Positions 1 through 10,484 of a DNA stretch of 64,000 nucleotides are shown piece by piece. The stretch lies in contig OZ242318.1 in the NCBI GenBank assembly GCA_965208105.1, positions 1,536,001 through 1,600,000 on the forward strand. Reading direction: 5' to 3'. The notes beneath the pieces were generated by a model. It was not told the DNA's origin and did no database searches. It worked only from the letters and a program-made list of their open reading frames with translations. Position 1 is the first letter of the stretch, and the number at the start of each line of letters is the position of its first letter. Made by a program: the position numbers and the translations under genes. This stretch comes from Candidatus Latescibacterota bacterium. Lineage in GTDB: Bacteria; Latescibacterota; UBA2968; UBA8231.

Positions 1-2
1 CC

Positions 3-305
3 CGCGAGCTCTTCAATCTTGACGACTTCGGCAACGGAACCCAGCCGGCCATCGTCAACGTCACCCCGAAGGCCGGCGACGTGGTCATCATGCCCGAACT
101 GCTCACCCACGGCATCCTGCCCTGGACTCCCGGGGACAGGATGCGCCGCATCCTTATTCTGCGCTACGTGCCCCAGCACAAGGGAAGCGAGAATTTTTCC
201 GCCGAAATCAAGGCGCGCCTGTCGCCGGAGACCCTGGAACTGATCGAGACCGCACACTTCACCCACGTCAAGGAAATCGTCGGGAAGGGCCGGGCGGCTG
301 CCTGA
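3..305 (+). CDS. phytanoyl-CoA dioxygenase (PhyH) family protein, 3' part only (5' end outside window)
   Basis: VNVTPKAGDVVIMPELLTHG..W...RRILILRY matches the C-terminal half of PhyH; clearly paralogous to 18308-19147. Confidence 0.8.
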   Translation, partial: RELFNLDDFGNGTQPAIVNVTPKAGDVVIMPELLTHGILPWTPGDRMRRILILRYVPQHKGSENFSAEIKARLSPETLELIETAHFTHVKEIVGKGRAAA

Positions 306-321
306 AGGAGGAAATGGCTTC

Positions 322-1158
322 ATGAACGAATCGAAAAGCGATGCGAGATACACCATGGGACGCACCCGGGGCGAGGAAGAGCGCCTGATTCAGCAGTCGC
401 AGCTCTACGACGCGGTGACCCGGCGTTTCCTCACCGAGGCGGGCCTCGGCAGCGGAATGAAGGTTGTGGATATCGGCTGCGGACCCGGGGATGTCTCCCT
501 GACGGCCGCCGAGCTGGTCGGCGAGGAAGGATCGGTAGTGGGGGTAGACGTCAACCCGGCGATTCTCGAGACGGCGCGGGCGCGGGCGCGGGAAGCCGGG
601 TTCGCCAACGTCGAATTCATCGCGGGGGACGCGCGCACCCTGGACCTCGGCGGCGACTTCGACGCCCTGGTCGGCCGCCTGGTCCTGATGTACATGGCCG
701 ATCCGGCCGCCGCCGTGAAGCAGCTTGCCACCCTCCTGCGCCCGGGAGGAATCGTAGCCTTCCAGGAGGCAGACTTCACCCCCTACCGGCAGATGCACCG
801 TCCGGATACGCCGGTGGCAAACAAGCTGATCGATTGGGCGCTCGGAGTGTTCGAGCGTTCCGGAGTACACATCGGTATGGGCTTCGACCTCTACCGCACC
901 TTCGTCGACGCCGGTCTGCCCGAGCCCAGCATGAATTTCGAGTCTCCGGTCGGCGGCCCGCAGTCGTGGGCCGGGTACCCATTCGTCGCCAACAGCTTTC
1001 GCAGCATGCTCCCGCTCATAGTCGAGTACGGGATCGCCACGGAGGAGGAGGTCGGGTTGGAGACCCTGGCCGAGCGCGTGCGGCAGGAGGTGGTGACGGC
1101 GAAACGCCCGTTCGCCCTGCCCCCACACGTGACCGCCTGGGCCCAAATACCCGCCTGA
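322..1158 (+). CDS. class I SAM-dependent methyltransferase
   Basis: VVDIGCGPG motif I, VGVDVN, FDALVGRLVLMY; SD aggagg upstream. Confidence 0.9.
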   Translation: MNESKSDARYTMGRTRGEEERLIQQSQLYDAVTRRFLTEAGLGSGMKVVDIGCGPGDVSLTAAELVGEEGSVVGVDVNPAILETARARAREAGFANVEFIAGDARTLDLGGDFDALVGRLVLMYMADPAAAVKQLATLLRPGGIVAFQEADFTPYRQMHRPDTPVANKLIDWALGVFERSGVHIGMGFDLYRTFVDAGLPEPSMNFESPVGGPQSWAGYPFVANSFRSMLPLIVEYGIATEEEVGLETLAERVRQEVVTAKRPFALPPHVTAWAQIPA

Positions 1159-1198
1159 TCCCCGGCATGTCATATTCCCGGAGGCGATACTACCCGCA

Positions 1199-2092
1199 AT
1201 GCCCAGGACCTTGCTGACAGCCGCCATCCTGCTGATGGCCCTGGCGGCGGCGCGCGCCGAGGAATCCCTGCTGGACGAGGAGGGCGAGCTCAGCGTCCAG
1301 CTCCCCAAGGGCGAGACCATGAAGTTCGTGTGGATCGAGCCTGGGACCTTCCTGATGGGGGCGACGAAGGACGAGGTGAGTCCGACCTCGGACGAGCTGC
1401 CGCAGCACGAGGTGACCATCTCCAGCGGGTTCTTTCTGGCAAAACACGAGCTGACCCAGGAACAGTGGGCGAGCCTGATGGATACCAGGCCCTGGAGAGA
1501 CCAACGCTTCGCCCGGGACTGGCGCTCCTATCCCGCGGTCTACATCTCCTGGGAGGATGTGATGGAGTTCATCGACCAGATGAACGAGTGGGCGGGTGCG
1601 GATATCTACCGGCTTCCCACCGAGGCCGAGTGGGAATACGCCGCCCGCGCCGGTTCGACGGACCCCTGGTCGTTCGGAGACCGCCTGAGAGACCTGATCA
1701 GATACGCCTGGTTCGACAGCAACGCATGGCGGGCGGGCAACCAGTTCGGCCATCCGGTCGGCCTTCTGATGCCCAATTCCTGGGGACTGTACGACATGCA
1801 CGGAAATGTGTGGGAGTGGGTGCAGGACTGGTACGGGGACTATGGCGAGGCCCCGCAGGTGGATCCACCGGGACCCGCGGCGGGAACTCTCCGCGTCACC
1901 CGCGGGGGCGGCTTCACCGACGGCTACGAGGACCAGCGCTCGGCCTCCCGCAGTGCGAACCTGCCGGTGGATCGCTTCAGCAACGTGGGCGCCCGGATCC
2001 TGATGGTGGATGCGCCCACGGCGGTGAAGCTCGACAGCTGGGGGCGGATCAAGTCCAGGGCGAAGGGATCCGACTCTCCTGCCCGAGATTGA
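1199..2092 (+). CDS. secreted FGE-sulfatase (SUMF1-fold) domain protein with C-terminal TAVKLDSWGRIK tail
   Basis: Signal peptide (..AAARA-EE); PGTFLMG, RLPTEAEWEYAARAG, PNSWGLYDMHGNVWEW, RGGG motifs; catalytic Cys of true FGE not seen. Confidence 0.88.
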   Translation: MPRTLLTAAILLMALAAARAEESLLDEEGELSVQLPKGETMKFVWIEPGTFLMGATKDEVSPTSDELPQHEVTISSGFFLAKHELTQEQWASLMDTRPWRDQRFARDWRSYPAVYISWEDVMEFIDQMNEWAGADIYRLPTEAEWEYAARAGSTDPWSFGDRLRDLIRYAWFDSNAWRAGNQFGHPVGLLMPNSWGLYDMHGNVWEWVQDWYGDYGEAPQVDPPGPAAGTLRVTRGGGFTDGYEDQRSASRSANLPVDRFSNVGARILMVDAPTAVKLDSWGRIKSRAKGSDSPARD

Positions 2093-2110
2093 CAGCCTTC
2101 AGTGGTCCTT

Positions 2111-2335
2111 TCACCCCATCCGGTTGTCCAAGGCATCCGCCCGCGCCGCGGAAGCCAGGACCTCCTCGCGCAGGTCGGCGGGCAGATCGGAGAAATCCAC
2201 CCTGCTGCAGCGAGACGGTATGGGCTTCGGGCCGCTGACCCAGCGGTCCCCCTGCCGGTGCCAGTGGAGCCCCAGGGACTGGGAGGGCAGGCGGATGAAG
2301 TATCCCGTATCGTCTGCGTATATTTCCAGGTTCAT
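2111..2335 (-). CDS. small hypothetical protein (74 aa)
   Basis: Fills the gap between flanking genes; protein-like composition MNLEIYADDTGYFIRL...; TATCTT -10-like hexamer upstream. Confidence 0.55.
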   Translation of the reverse strand: MNLEIYADDTGYFIRLPSQSLGLHWHRQGDRWVSGPKPIPSRCSRVDFSDLPADLREEVLASAARADALDNRMG

Positions 2336-2478
2336 TCTGATTCCACTCGGAGTTGCGCTGCCTCTTCGGTTCAGTTCAAGATAGGCGCGCGGCCGGATCC
2401 GTTCAAGCTGATGCATACCCGGGATGCTCCCGGGTCAACCGCCATCCCTCCCCGTTCTTCCCGCCGGAGTTCCCTCCG

Positions 2479-4164
2479 ATGAATATCCATCCCCCGGGCC
2501 TCAGCCTTGGACCCCTCCGGGAGGAGTTCGAACGCCACCTGGCCGCCCTCGAGGAGGAGCGCGCCATGGAGCGCATTTGGGACCGGGACCACACCCTGTG
2601 GAAAGAGGATCCGGGCGAGATAGCCGACCGCCTTGGCTGGCTCCGCTGCCCGGCGGCCATGGCGGACCGCCTGCCCGAAATCGCCGCTTTCGCGGGCGCG
2701 GTGCGCGCCGCCGGACACACCCGGGCCCTGCTGCTCGGCATGGGAGGCTCCAGCCTGGCCGCCGAGGTCCTGCGCTCCACCTTCGGCGTCCGCGAGGGCT
2801 ATCTCAACCTGCGGGTGCTGGACAGCACCAACCCGGACGCGGTGCGCGCCACCGCCCGGGAGCTGGACCCGGCCACCACCCTGTTCATAGCGGCCACCAA
2901 GTCGGGCTCGACGGTCGAGACCATTTCCCTGCTGAAATACTTCTACCGGCGCACGGCCGCCGCATTGGGGGCGGAGGCCGCCGGGGCCCACTTCGCGGCC
3001 ATCACCGACCCGGGCAGCGGCCTCGCCGATATGGGCGCGGAGCTCGGTTTCCGCCACATCTTCCTCAACGATCCCGAAATCGGCGGGCGCTACTCCGCCC
3101 TCTCCTGCTTCGGTCTCGTTCCCGCCGCCCTGATCGGGGTGGACCTGGAGGGTCTGCTGCGCCGCGCCGCAGACGCCGCCGCTCCAGGGTGCACCACCGG
3201 CCTCCTGCTCGGCGCCGCCCTGGGGGCGGGGGCACGCTGCGGCCGCGACAAGCTCACCCTGGTATGCTCCCCTTCCATCGCCGGTCTCGGCGCCTGGATC
3301 GAGCAGTTGGTGGCCGAGAGCACGGGCAAGGAGGGCAGGGGCATCCTGCCGGTGGAAGGAGAAGAACCGGGGCCGCCGGGGGCCTACGGCAAGGACCGCC
3401 TGTTCGTCTACCTGCGCCTGCGCGGCGACCACAGCCGCGATCGGGAGATGGAGGCCCTAATCGCGGCCGGGCATCCCGTGGTCCACCTCGACCTCAACGA
3501 CCCCTGCGACCTGGGCGGCGCCTTCTTCCACTGGGAGATCGCCACCAGCCTGGCCGCCCATTGCCTCCGCGTCAACCCCTTCGACCAGCCCGACGTGGAG
3601 GCCGCCAAGGCCCTTGCCCGCACCATGGTGGATGCCTTCCGGGGGCAGGGCCGCATGCCCTCCCGGGAGCCCGTCTTGGAGGAAGGCGGCCTGACCGTCT
3701 ACGGCGGGGGGCCGGCCTCCTCCCTGGCCGCGGCGGTGCAACACCTTCTCAGCTCGGGCAGGAGGGCCGGCGGCCCAGGCTATATCGCCCTGCAAGCCTA
3801 CCTCTGTCCCGACTCCCGCACCGAGGCCGCTCTCCAGGAGCTGCGCCTGGCCCTGCGCCAGCGCACCCGGCTCGCCGTCACCATTGGCTATGGACCGCGC
3901 TTCCTCCACTCCACCGGCCAGTTGCACAAGGGAGACGCCGGCAAGGGCCTCTTCATCCAGCTCACCTGCGACCCCGCCGCCGACCTCCCCATTCCCGACG
4001 AGCCCCGTGCGGACGCCTCGACCATGAGCTTCGGCGCCCTCCTGGCGGCCCAGGCCATGGGCGACCGCCAGGCCCTGGTGGACGCCGGCCGCCGGGTGCT
4101 GCGCATCCACCTGGGCAAGGACGCCCACGCCGGGCTGCGGCAGGTGCTCCGGGCCCTGCCCTGA
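2479..4164 (+). CDS. pgi: glucose-6-phosphate isomerase (type resembling the PGI domain of Tal-Pgi fusions)
   Basis: [63 protein letters not shown]. Confidence 0.88.
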   Translation: MNIHPPGLSLGPLREEFERHLAALEEERAMERIWDRDHTLWKEDPGEIADRLGWLRCPAAMADRLPEIAAFAGAVRAAGHTRALLLGMGGSSLAAEVLRSTFGVREGYLNLRVLDSTNPDAVRATARELDPATTLFIAATKSGSTVETISLLKYFYRRTAAALGAEAAGAHFAAITDPGSGLADMGAELGFRHIFLNDPEIGGRYSALSCFGLVPAALIGVDLEGLLRRAADAAAPGCTTGLLLGAALGAGARCGRDKLTLVCSPSIAGLGAWIEQLVAESTGKEGRGILPVEGEEPGPPGAYGKDRLFVYLRLRGDHSRDREMEALIAAGHPVVHLDLNDPCDLGGAFFHWEIATSLAAHCLRVNPFDQPDVEAAKALARTMVDAFRGQGRMPSREPVLEEGGLTVYGGGPASSLAAAVQHLLSSGRRAGGPGYIALQAYLCPDSRTEAALQELRLALRQRTRLAVTIGYGPRFLHSTGQLHKGDAGKGLFIQLTCDPAADLPIPDEPRADASTMSFGALLAAQAMGDRQALVDAGRRVLRIHLGKDAHAGLRQVLRALP

Positions 4165-4229
4165 CGAGGTGGCATGGGCCGATCCGAGCGGCTATATTGT
4201 GGACAAATTTCGCAAGGAAGAGGACTATC

Positions 4230-5684
4230 ATGAGCGGAGCGGACATCGGCCTCATCGGCCTGGCGGTAATGGGAGAGAACCTGGTCCTGAACATGGCCGG
4301 CCACGGCTTCAAGGTGGCGGTGTACAACCGCACCACATCCAGGGTGGACGCCTTCGTCCAGGGGAGGGGCAGGAGCCGGTCCATCGCCGGCACCCACACG
4401 CCCGAGGAGCTCATCGCCAGCCTCGCCAGGCCGCGGCGCATAATGCTGATGGTCCAGGCCGGAGAGGCGGTCGACCGGGTCATCGACAGCCTGGTACCCC
4501 TGCTTGAGGCGGGGGACATCCTCATCGACGGCGGCAACTCCAACTACGGCGACACCATCCGCCGCACCCGGGACCTTGCCCGCAAGGACATCCTCTTCAT
4601 AGGCACCGGCGTCTCGGGCGGGGAAGAGGGAGCCCTGAAGGGGCCCAGCATCATGCCGGGGGGAAATCCCCGGGCCTGGCCCCACGTGAAGCCCATCTTC
4701 CAGAGCATCGCCGCCAAGGTGGAGGACGGCAGTCCCTGCTGCGACTGGATCGGCTCCGACGGCGCCGGACACTACGTCAAGATGGTGCACAACGGCATCG
4801 AGTACGGAGACATGCAGATGATCTGCGAGGCCTATGCCCTGATGCGCGACGTCCTGGGCATGAGCCCAGGCGAGATGGGCGAGGTCTTCGGCGCCTGGAA
4901 CGAAGGCGAGCTGGAGAGCTACCTGATCGAGATCACCGCCGCCATCCTGGGCCACAGCGACGAAGACAGCGGCCGGCCCATGGTGGACCTGATCCTCGAC
5001 GTGGCCGGGCAGAAGGGCACCGGCAAGTGGACCGGCATCGAGGCCCTGCAACTGGGCGCTCCCACCGCCACCATCACCGAGGCGGTCTTCGCCCGCTGCA
5101 TCTCCGCCATCAAGGAGGAGCGCGTCGCCGCTTCCCAGGTCCTGGAGGGTTCGGGCGCGAAGTTCGAGGGCGACCGCGGCGCCTTCGTCGAGGACGTGCG
5201 CCGCTCCCTCTACGCCTCCAAGATCTGCTCCTACGCCCAGGGATTCCAGCTTCTGAGCATGGCGGCGCGCGAGCACGAGTGGGAGCTGAACTACGGCGGC
5301 ATCGCCCTGATGTGGCGCGGGGGCTGCATCATCCGGGCCCAGTTCCTGGGCCGCATCAAGGAGGCTTTCGACGCCGACCCCCGCCTGGCCAACCTGCTCC
5401 TCGACCCCTACTTCGCCGGGGCCATCGCCGCGAGCCAGGGGTCGTGGCGCCGGGTGGTGGCCACCGCGGTGCGGCTGGGAGTTCCCGTGCCCGCCTTCGG
5501 CAGCGCCCTGGCCTACTACGACAGCTACCGCAGCGCGCAGCTCCCGGCCAACCTGCTGCAGGCCCAGCGCGACTACTTCGGCGCCCACACCTACGAGCGC
5601 GTCGACCGGCCGAGAGGCGAGTTCTTCCACACCAACTGGACCGGGCGCGGCGGCACCACCGCGTCCACTGCCTACAACGTCTAG
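4230..5684 (+). CDS. gnd: 6-phosphogluconate dehydrogenase, NADP-dependent, decarboxylating
   Basis: [54 protein letters not shown]; ATG at 4230 after a purine-rich SD (the longer ORF-track start is spurious). Confidence 0.97.
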   Translation: MSGADIGLIGLAVMGENLVLNMAGHGFKVAVYNRTTSRVDAFVQGRGRSRSIAGTHTPEELIASLARPRRIMLMVQAGEAVDRVIDSLVPLLEAGDILIDGGNSNYGDTIRRTRDLARKDILFIGTGVSGGEEGALKGPSIMPGGNPRAWPHVKPIFQSIAAKVEDGSPCCDWIGSDGAGHYVKMVHNGIEYGDMQMICEAYALMRDVLGMSPGEMGEVFGAWNEGELESYLIEITAAILGHSDEDSGRPMVDLILDVAGQKGTGKWTGIEALQLGAPTATITEAVFARCISAIKEERVAASQVLEGSGAKFEGDRGAFVEDVRRSLYASKICSYAQGFQLLSMAAREHEWELNYGGIALMWRGGCIIRAQFLGRIKEAFDADPRLANLLLDPYFAGAIAASQGSWRRVVATAVRLGVPVPAFGSALAYYDSYRSAQLPANLLQAQRDYFGAHTYERVDRPRGEFFHTNWTGRGGTTASTAYNV

Positions 5685-5830
5685 GGAAGCCTGGTCGATC
5701 TCGCGGACAAATGGACGCCGACGACGCGTGTCCATAAAAGTCCAGAAGCAACCAGCCGGCTCTCCGCATCTCGTTCTATCGCATACAACCGCGTCGATGG
5801 GGCAGTCAGGATACAATAGGAGTCCTGCAC

Positions 5831-6979
5831 ATGGAAACTAAGAAGGGGCCTGTCATCGAGTCGGAGCTCATTCGATGGCTCGTTGTCATCGTGTCAGTAT
5901 ACGTTCTGCTCGTAGCTGTTGGCCTGATCGGCAAGGGCTTTCGTCTGGAATTCGGCGATAAGGAAGGGGTCGCATCCCTGTTCGCGCTTGGGACGAACCC
6001 GTTCGTCGGCCTGGTGCTGGGCATACTGGCGACGGCGTTGCTCCAGTCTTCGAGCACCGTCACCTCCATCATCGTTGGTCTTGTGGCGGGGGGAATGCCA
6101 ATTGCCATGGCCATCCCCATGATCATGGGGGCGAACGTCGGGACGACAATCACCAACACGATTGTCAGCTTCGGTCACGTCGGGCGATCCGACGAGTTCA
6201 GGAAGGCTTTTGCCGCCGCCACGGTACACGATTTCTTCAATGTTCTGAGCATCGTGATTTTTCTGCCGCTGGAGCTCGCGTTCGGCCTCCTTGAAAAACT
6301 GAGCGCCGAGTTGACCCACATTATCGAGAACATGGGAACGGTCGATGCAAGCGGAAAGGGCATCGTGAAGATTGTCGTCGGTTTCGGGACCGGGCTTGTC
6401 GAGTCGCTGTTGTCCTGGCTCCCCGACGTGTGGGCGGGGCTGGTTCTGATCGTTGTGGGAATCGCGCTAATTCTGCTCTCGATCATGTACCTGGGGATTG
6501 CACTGAAGAGCGTGTTCGTGGGCAAGGCGCAGAGGCTCCTGCAGGCGGCAGTCGGCAAGGGTCCCGTCACGGGCATATTTTCCGGCACCCTGGTTACGGT
6601 GCTGGTGCAGTCGTCCTCTACAACCACCAGCCTTATCGTACCTCTGGCGGGGTCGGGGGTGATCGGGCTTCGTCACGTCTTCCCTTTCACACTCGGGGCA
6701 AACATCGGTACGACGATCACCGCGCTTCTCGCCGCTACCGCGATCACGGGCCCTACCCATGCCGTTGCGCACCAGATCGCGATCGCGCATTTTCTCTACA
6801 ATCTGGTGGGTGTAATCGTCATCTACGGCATCCCCTGGCTGCGGGAGGTTCCGATCACCGGCGCCGAGTGGCTTGCGCGGCTGGGCAGCGAACGGAAATG
6901 GTTGGCCATCCTCTATATCATCCTTGCCTTCTTCGGCATTCCGGCAGCGCTCGTGTTTGCCAACGCGTGGCTGTCCTGA
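5831..6979 (+). CDS. nptA: Na+/phosphate symporter (NptA / Na_Pi_cotrans family)
   Basis: Duplicated QSSS(T)..TS and GAN(V/I)GTT signatures; multiple TM segments; SD aggag. Confidence 0.88.
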   Translation: METKKGPVIESELIRWLVVIVSVYVLLVAVGLIGKGFRLEFGDKEGVASLFALGTNPFVGLVLGILATALLQSSSTVTSIIVGLVAGGMPIAMAIPMIMGANVGTTITNTIVSFGHVGRSDEFRKAFAAATVHDFFNVLSIVIFLPLELAFGLLEKLSAELTHIIENMGTVDASGKGIVKIVVGFGTGLVESLLSWLPDVWAGLVLIVVGIALILLSIMYLGIALKSVFVGKAQRLLQAAVGKGPVTGIFSGTLVTVLVQSSSTTTSLIVPLAGSGVIGLRHVFPFTLGANIGTTITALLAATAITGPTHAVAHQIAIAHFLYNLVGVIVIYGIPWLREVPITGAEWLARLGSERKWLAILYIILAFFGIPAALVFANAWLS

Positions 6980-7078
6980 GTGACGGTGGCAATAGAGGCA
7001 CATTGAAAAGCGCAGCAGGCAGCGTGTCCTTGAGGTTTCCGACCGCAGCACCTGCAGCGGCGCTCCGTGCAGGGCGCG

Positions 7079-7114
7079 GGAGGAGTTGGATGAAAACCCA
7101 GCCTCTCTTTTTTC
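7079..7114 (+). terminator. possible intrinsic terminator after the Na/Pi symporter
   Basis: Imperfect stem gaggagttgg...ccagcctctc followed by tttttt. Confidence 0.35.
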
Positions 7115-7152
7115 CGGCCAAGTTCAACCTCTACGGCTGATCCGCGATTCCC

Positions 7153-8247
7153 TCACCCCACCTCCCGCCTCACCGGCTCGCCGGTGAGGTAGCACCTGGT
7201 GATGTCGATGATCAGCTTCACGTCCTCGCGCGCCCGGGTCAGGGACGAGCGGCATTCCACCCCCTGGGTGATGCACTGGTGGAAGTGGCGCAGCTCGGCG
7301 GTGAAGGCGCTGTCCCAGGGAATGGCCGGCTCCTTGCGGTAGGTGGTGCCGTCCTCGTCGATGCCCTGCACCACCAGGGAGGACATCACCCGGCGCGAGA
7401 ATCCGGTGGGATAGGACAGGAGGACCCGCTTGTCATGGCCGTAGACCTCCAGGGTCTCGCGGAAATCCCACAGCTTCTGCAAATCCACCCGGGTGAGCAC
7501 GCAGCGCGCCCCGTTGGGATACTCCATGACGGTGGTGATGGCGCGGTCGTTCTGCCAGATCTCGGCGCTGATCACCGCCGAGGGCGGTCCCAGCATGGTG
7601 CGCAGGCTGTAGAGGTCGTGGATCAGCCCGGAGGTTATGCCGCTGACAGGCTCGGCCGCCTCGCAGAGCTCGCCGAAGGCGTCGCGCATGGTTTCCTGGT
7701 AGGCCTTGCGGCCCTCCGTCCTGGCACTCTCGGGGACGTCGTCGAAGCGCTTGACCCTGAACTGTCCCAGGTGGAGCCAGTTGTTCGGATGCAGGTGGTT
7801 GATCTGAACGAAGTCGAAGCCGTCCATGGCGTCGATCTCGCGCTTGGCCATGAGGAATCCCGGATCGTAGATCTTCATGTAGGCGGCCTGCCCCACCTTC
7901 CCCGACTTTTCGGCCGCGGCGATCATGGCGTCCGCTTCCTGCAGCGAGGCGCACACCGGCTTCTCGATGAGGACGTGCTTGCCGGCCTCGAAGGCCTGCA
8001 GGGCGGCCCCGGTCTTGGGGTCCGAGTGGCAGAGGAGTACCGCGTCGATATCCGCGGCCATGAGATCGCCGATGTTGCTCAGGTGCCGGGGCACCTTGAA
8101 GCGCCGCGCCACGTACTCGGCCGCCTTCGGCGAGATATCGCATACGGCTGCGACCTCGAACTCTTCGTCGAGCTCGAGCAGGTTGGGCAGATGCTGGACC
8201 TGGGCGATGTGGCCGCAGCCGACGACGCCGATGCGTACAGGTGCCAT
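7153..8247 (-). CDS. Gfo/Idh/MocA family oxidoreductase
   Basis: RIGVVGCGHIA, AGKHVLIEKP. Confidence 0.9.
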   Translation of the reverse strand: MAPVRIGVVGCGHIAQVQHLPNLLELDEEFEVAAVCDISPKAAEYVARRFKVPRHLSNIGDLMAADIDAVLLCHSDPKTGAALQAFEAGKHVLIEKPVCASLQEADAMIAAAEKSGKVGQAAYMKIYDPGFLMAKREIDAMDGFDFVQINHLHPNNWLHLGQFRVKRFDDVPESARTEGRKAYQETMRDAFGELCEAAEPVSGITSGLIHDLYSLRTMLGPPSAVISAEIWQNDRAITTVMEYPNGARCVLTRVDLQKLWDFRETLEVYGHDKRVLLSYPTGFSRRVMSSLVVQGIDEDGTTYRKEPAIPWDSAFTAELRHFHQCITQGVECRSSLTRAREDVKLIIDITRCYLTGEPVRREVG

Positions 8248-8302
8248 AGGAAATTTCCTTTTCTATAGGTTTAAAATGTCGCGGACGGCATGACCGGGTT
8301 TC

Positions 8303-8956
8303 TCAATAGTGGACGTGCACGTGGCCGGAGCGCGGCGCCAGCGCGTTCCACTCCTGCGCCAGCCCGGTGACCTCCCTGAAGGTCTCGAGCAGCGGATCCC
8401 ACATGTTGTCGCGGATGTCGGAGGCCGCCTTCTCGTCCCCGGCGGCCAGGGCCTGCTTCAGCGCCCCGGAGCACTGCTCCTGGATGCGGGCGCAGTTCCG
8501 CGCCACGGTTGCCACCCGGTTGGCGGTCTCCAGGTGCCGGTCGATGAGCTCGTCGATGGGGGTGGTGGAATCGGTCTCGGTGTTGTAGTCGCTCGAAGGC
8601 CTGAAGTGGGGCCGGCGGCGTTCGCCGTTTTCGTCGTACATGGTGTGGGTCGGCTGGATGTGGGGGGTGACCGACAGGTACATGTAGACCGGCTCGTCTC
8701 CCAGGACCCGGACCGAGTGGGGCTCGTCGAGCAGGGCGTAGCACATCTGCCCCGGCCCCAGCTCATGTACTTCGTCGTTGATCTTGAACTCCACCCGCCC
8801 CGAGAGGATGATGAAGATCTCGTGCCCCAGGTCGTGGGTGTGGTAGCCATCGTGGGACCCGGAGCCGGGCTCCAGCTTGCAGAACCGGGCTCTTATCTGC
8901 GGGGTGACCAGGATGTTGCGGATATCCTCGCGGCAATCGTATACGGTGAAACCCAT
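8303..8956 (-). CDS. cupin-domain protein with helical C-terminal extension
   Basis: HTHDLGHEIFIILSG...GPGQMCY..DEPHSV cupin motifs. Confidence 0.85.
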   Translation of the reverse strand: MGFTVYDCREDIRNILVTPQIRARFCKLEPGSGSHDGYHTHDLGHEIFIILSGRVEFKINDEVHELGPGQMCYALLDEPHSVRVLGDEPVYMYLSVTPHIQPTHTMYDENGERRRPHFRPSSDYNTETDSTTPIDELIDRHLETANRVATVARNCARIQEQCSGALKQALAAGDEKAASDIRDNMWDPLLETFREVTGLAQEWNALAPRSGHVHVHY

Positions 8957-9010
8957 GATCTTCTCCTCTGCTGATGGTGAAGTTTATTCCTCTTTCCGCT
9001 CCCGCCCCGC

Positions 9011-10282
9011 TCAGGGCGGGCCGTCCAGACCCAGGGCCACGTCTATCTCCTGCTGATAGGCCCTGACCGTTCCGGCAAGCATCTCCTCCATGCTCACGGC
9101 CCTGCCCAGTTGCGCCGATTCGTAGGCTCCTACCACCGCCGCCACCGCCTTCATCCCCCCCAGTCCGTCCACTTCCGGCTCCCGCCCCTGGAGAATGGCC
9201 TCCCCGAAATCGTGGTACTCGATGGCCAGGTGCATGGCGTCCACCTCGTAGGCGGGTAACGGCGAGTCCGGCATCTCGTACTCCACCCCCTTTTCGCCAA
9301 AGAGGCGCGCGGTGATCTCGTTGAGCTGAAAGTCGGGCAGCAGCTCCAGGATCTCACGTCCCTTGAACTCCCGACCCTCCAGGTTCAGCACCACCGGCCT
9401 GCCGTTGCGCTCCCCGGGAGAGTAGAGGGCCCCCAGGCGTCCGTGCACGCTGCGCTCCCAGCCCCGGCTCTCCCTTCCCCCGGCCATCGTGAACTGCACC
9501 ATGGCCCCGGACTCCATGCGGTAGAGGGCCACCACCGCGTCCTCGCCGGTGGCCTCGACCGCGTCGGGATAGGTCCTGGCGCGCTGGCGGTAGGAGACCA
9601 GGGGGTGGTCGTCGTAGGCCGTGGGCCGCCGCCGCACCGGCTCGACGATGAAGCCGGCGCCGTAGATCTGCTCGTACTCCCCCATGTAGTAGCGGATGAT
9701 GTCGGCGTAGTGCACCCCCATGTCCAGCCCGATGGCCCCCTTCACCTTGAGATGGCGCCAGGGGGTGATGACGATGGTATCGTCTCCCCCCATGGACATC
9801 TGGACCATCAGGTGGACCTCGCCCAGAATCCCCGCCTCGATGACCGCCCGCGCCAGGCGGTTGACCGGGTCCCGGCGGTAGTTTTCGGCCGTGGCCAGCA
9901 CCGCCCCCCCGGCCGAGGCGGCGTCCATCATCGCCCGGCAGGCGCGCATGGAGATGGCCAGGGGCTTTTCCACCAGGGCGTGCTTGCCCGCAGCCAGGGC
10001 CGCCGCCGCCACCTGGTGGTGGGTCGAGCCGTCGGTGACCACGTCCACGGCGGCAATGTCGCTCCGGGCGAGGACCTGGTCCAGATCGTGGAATACCATG
10101 GGACGCCGCCCCAGGAGGCGCTCGGCCTCCCCCGCCACCAGCTCGGCGTTCTCCGGGCGCAGGTCACACAAAGCCACCAGCTCGAGGTTGGCGATGCCGC
10201 TGTCCTCCAGCTCCTTGTAGCCCATGGTGTGGCGATGCCCCATGCCGCCGCATCCCACCAGGCAAACCGGCACTTTTTCCAC
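9011..10282 (-). CDS. Gfo/Idh/MocA family oxidoreductase
   Basis: LVGCGGMG, AGKHALVEKPLA, AENYRRDP, DMGVH. Confidence 0.9.
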   Translation of the reverse strand: MEKVPVCLVGCGGMGHRHTMGYKELEDSGIANLELVALCDLRPENAELVAGEAERLLGRRPMVFHDLDQVLARSDIAAVDVVTDGSTHHQVAAAALAAGKHALVEKPLAISMRACRAMMDAASAGGAVLATAENYRRDPVNRLARAVIEAGILGEVHLMVQMSMGGDDTIVITPWRHLKVKGAIGLDMGVHYADIIRYYMGEYEQIYGAGFIVEPVRRRPTAYDDHPLVSYRQRARTYPDAVEATGEDAVVALYRMESGAMVQFTMAGGRESRGWERSVHGRLGALYSPGERNGRPVVLNLEGREFKGREILELLPDFQLNEITARLFGEKGVEYEMPDSPLPAYEVDAMHLAIEYHDFGEAILQGREPEVDGLGGMKAVAAVVGAYESAQLGRAVSMEEMLAGTVRAYQQEIDVALGLDGPP

Positions 10283-10484
10283 CGCTACCTCCTGCTATCC
10301 TTTCATTTCGCCGCGATGCACGACCATTGAATCCGCGCCCCTTCCCGGCAGAGAAAATGCACTCTGCATCCGTTGACCGCAATTTTGGCCTAAGCTATCT
10401 TTTTCCGCACCAGGCTCCACCCTGGTGCCCGGTCCCGGACACCAGGCCCCCGGCGTAATCACAGTCCACAGGAAAGGCAGAATC

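Noticed and set aside
1199-2092. FGE/CLec-fold protein as a diversity-generating retroelement target
   Set aside because: No reverse transcriptase and no adenine-variant template repeat of its 3' region seen in the window
2424-4229. Apparent 1086-aa N-terminally extended Gnd fusion
   Set aside because: The extension is an Arg/Pro/Gly-rich shadow frame overlapping pgi; the true start is ATG 4230 with an SD
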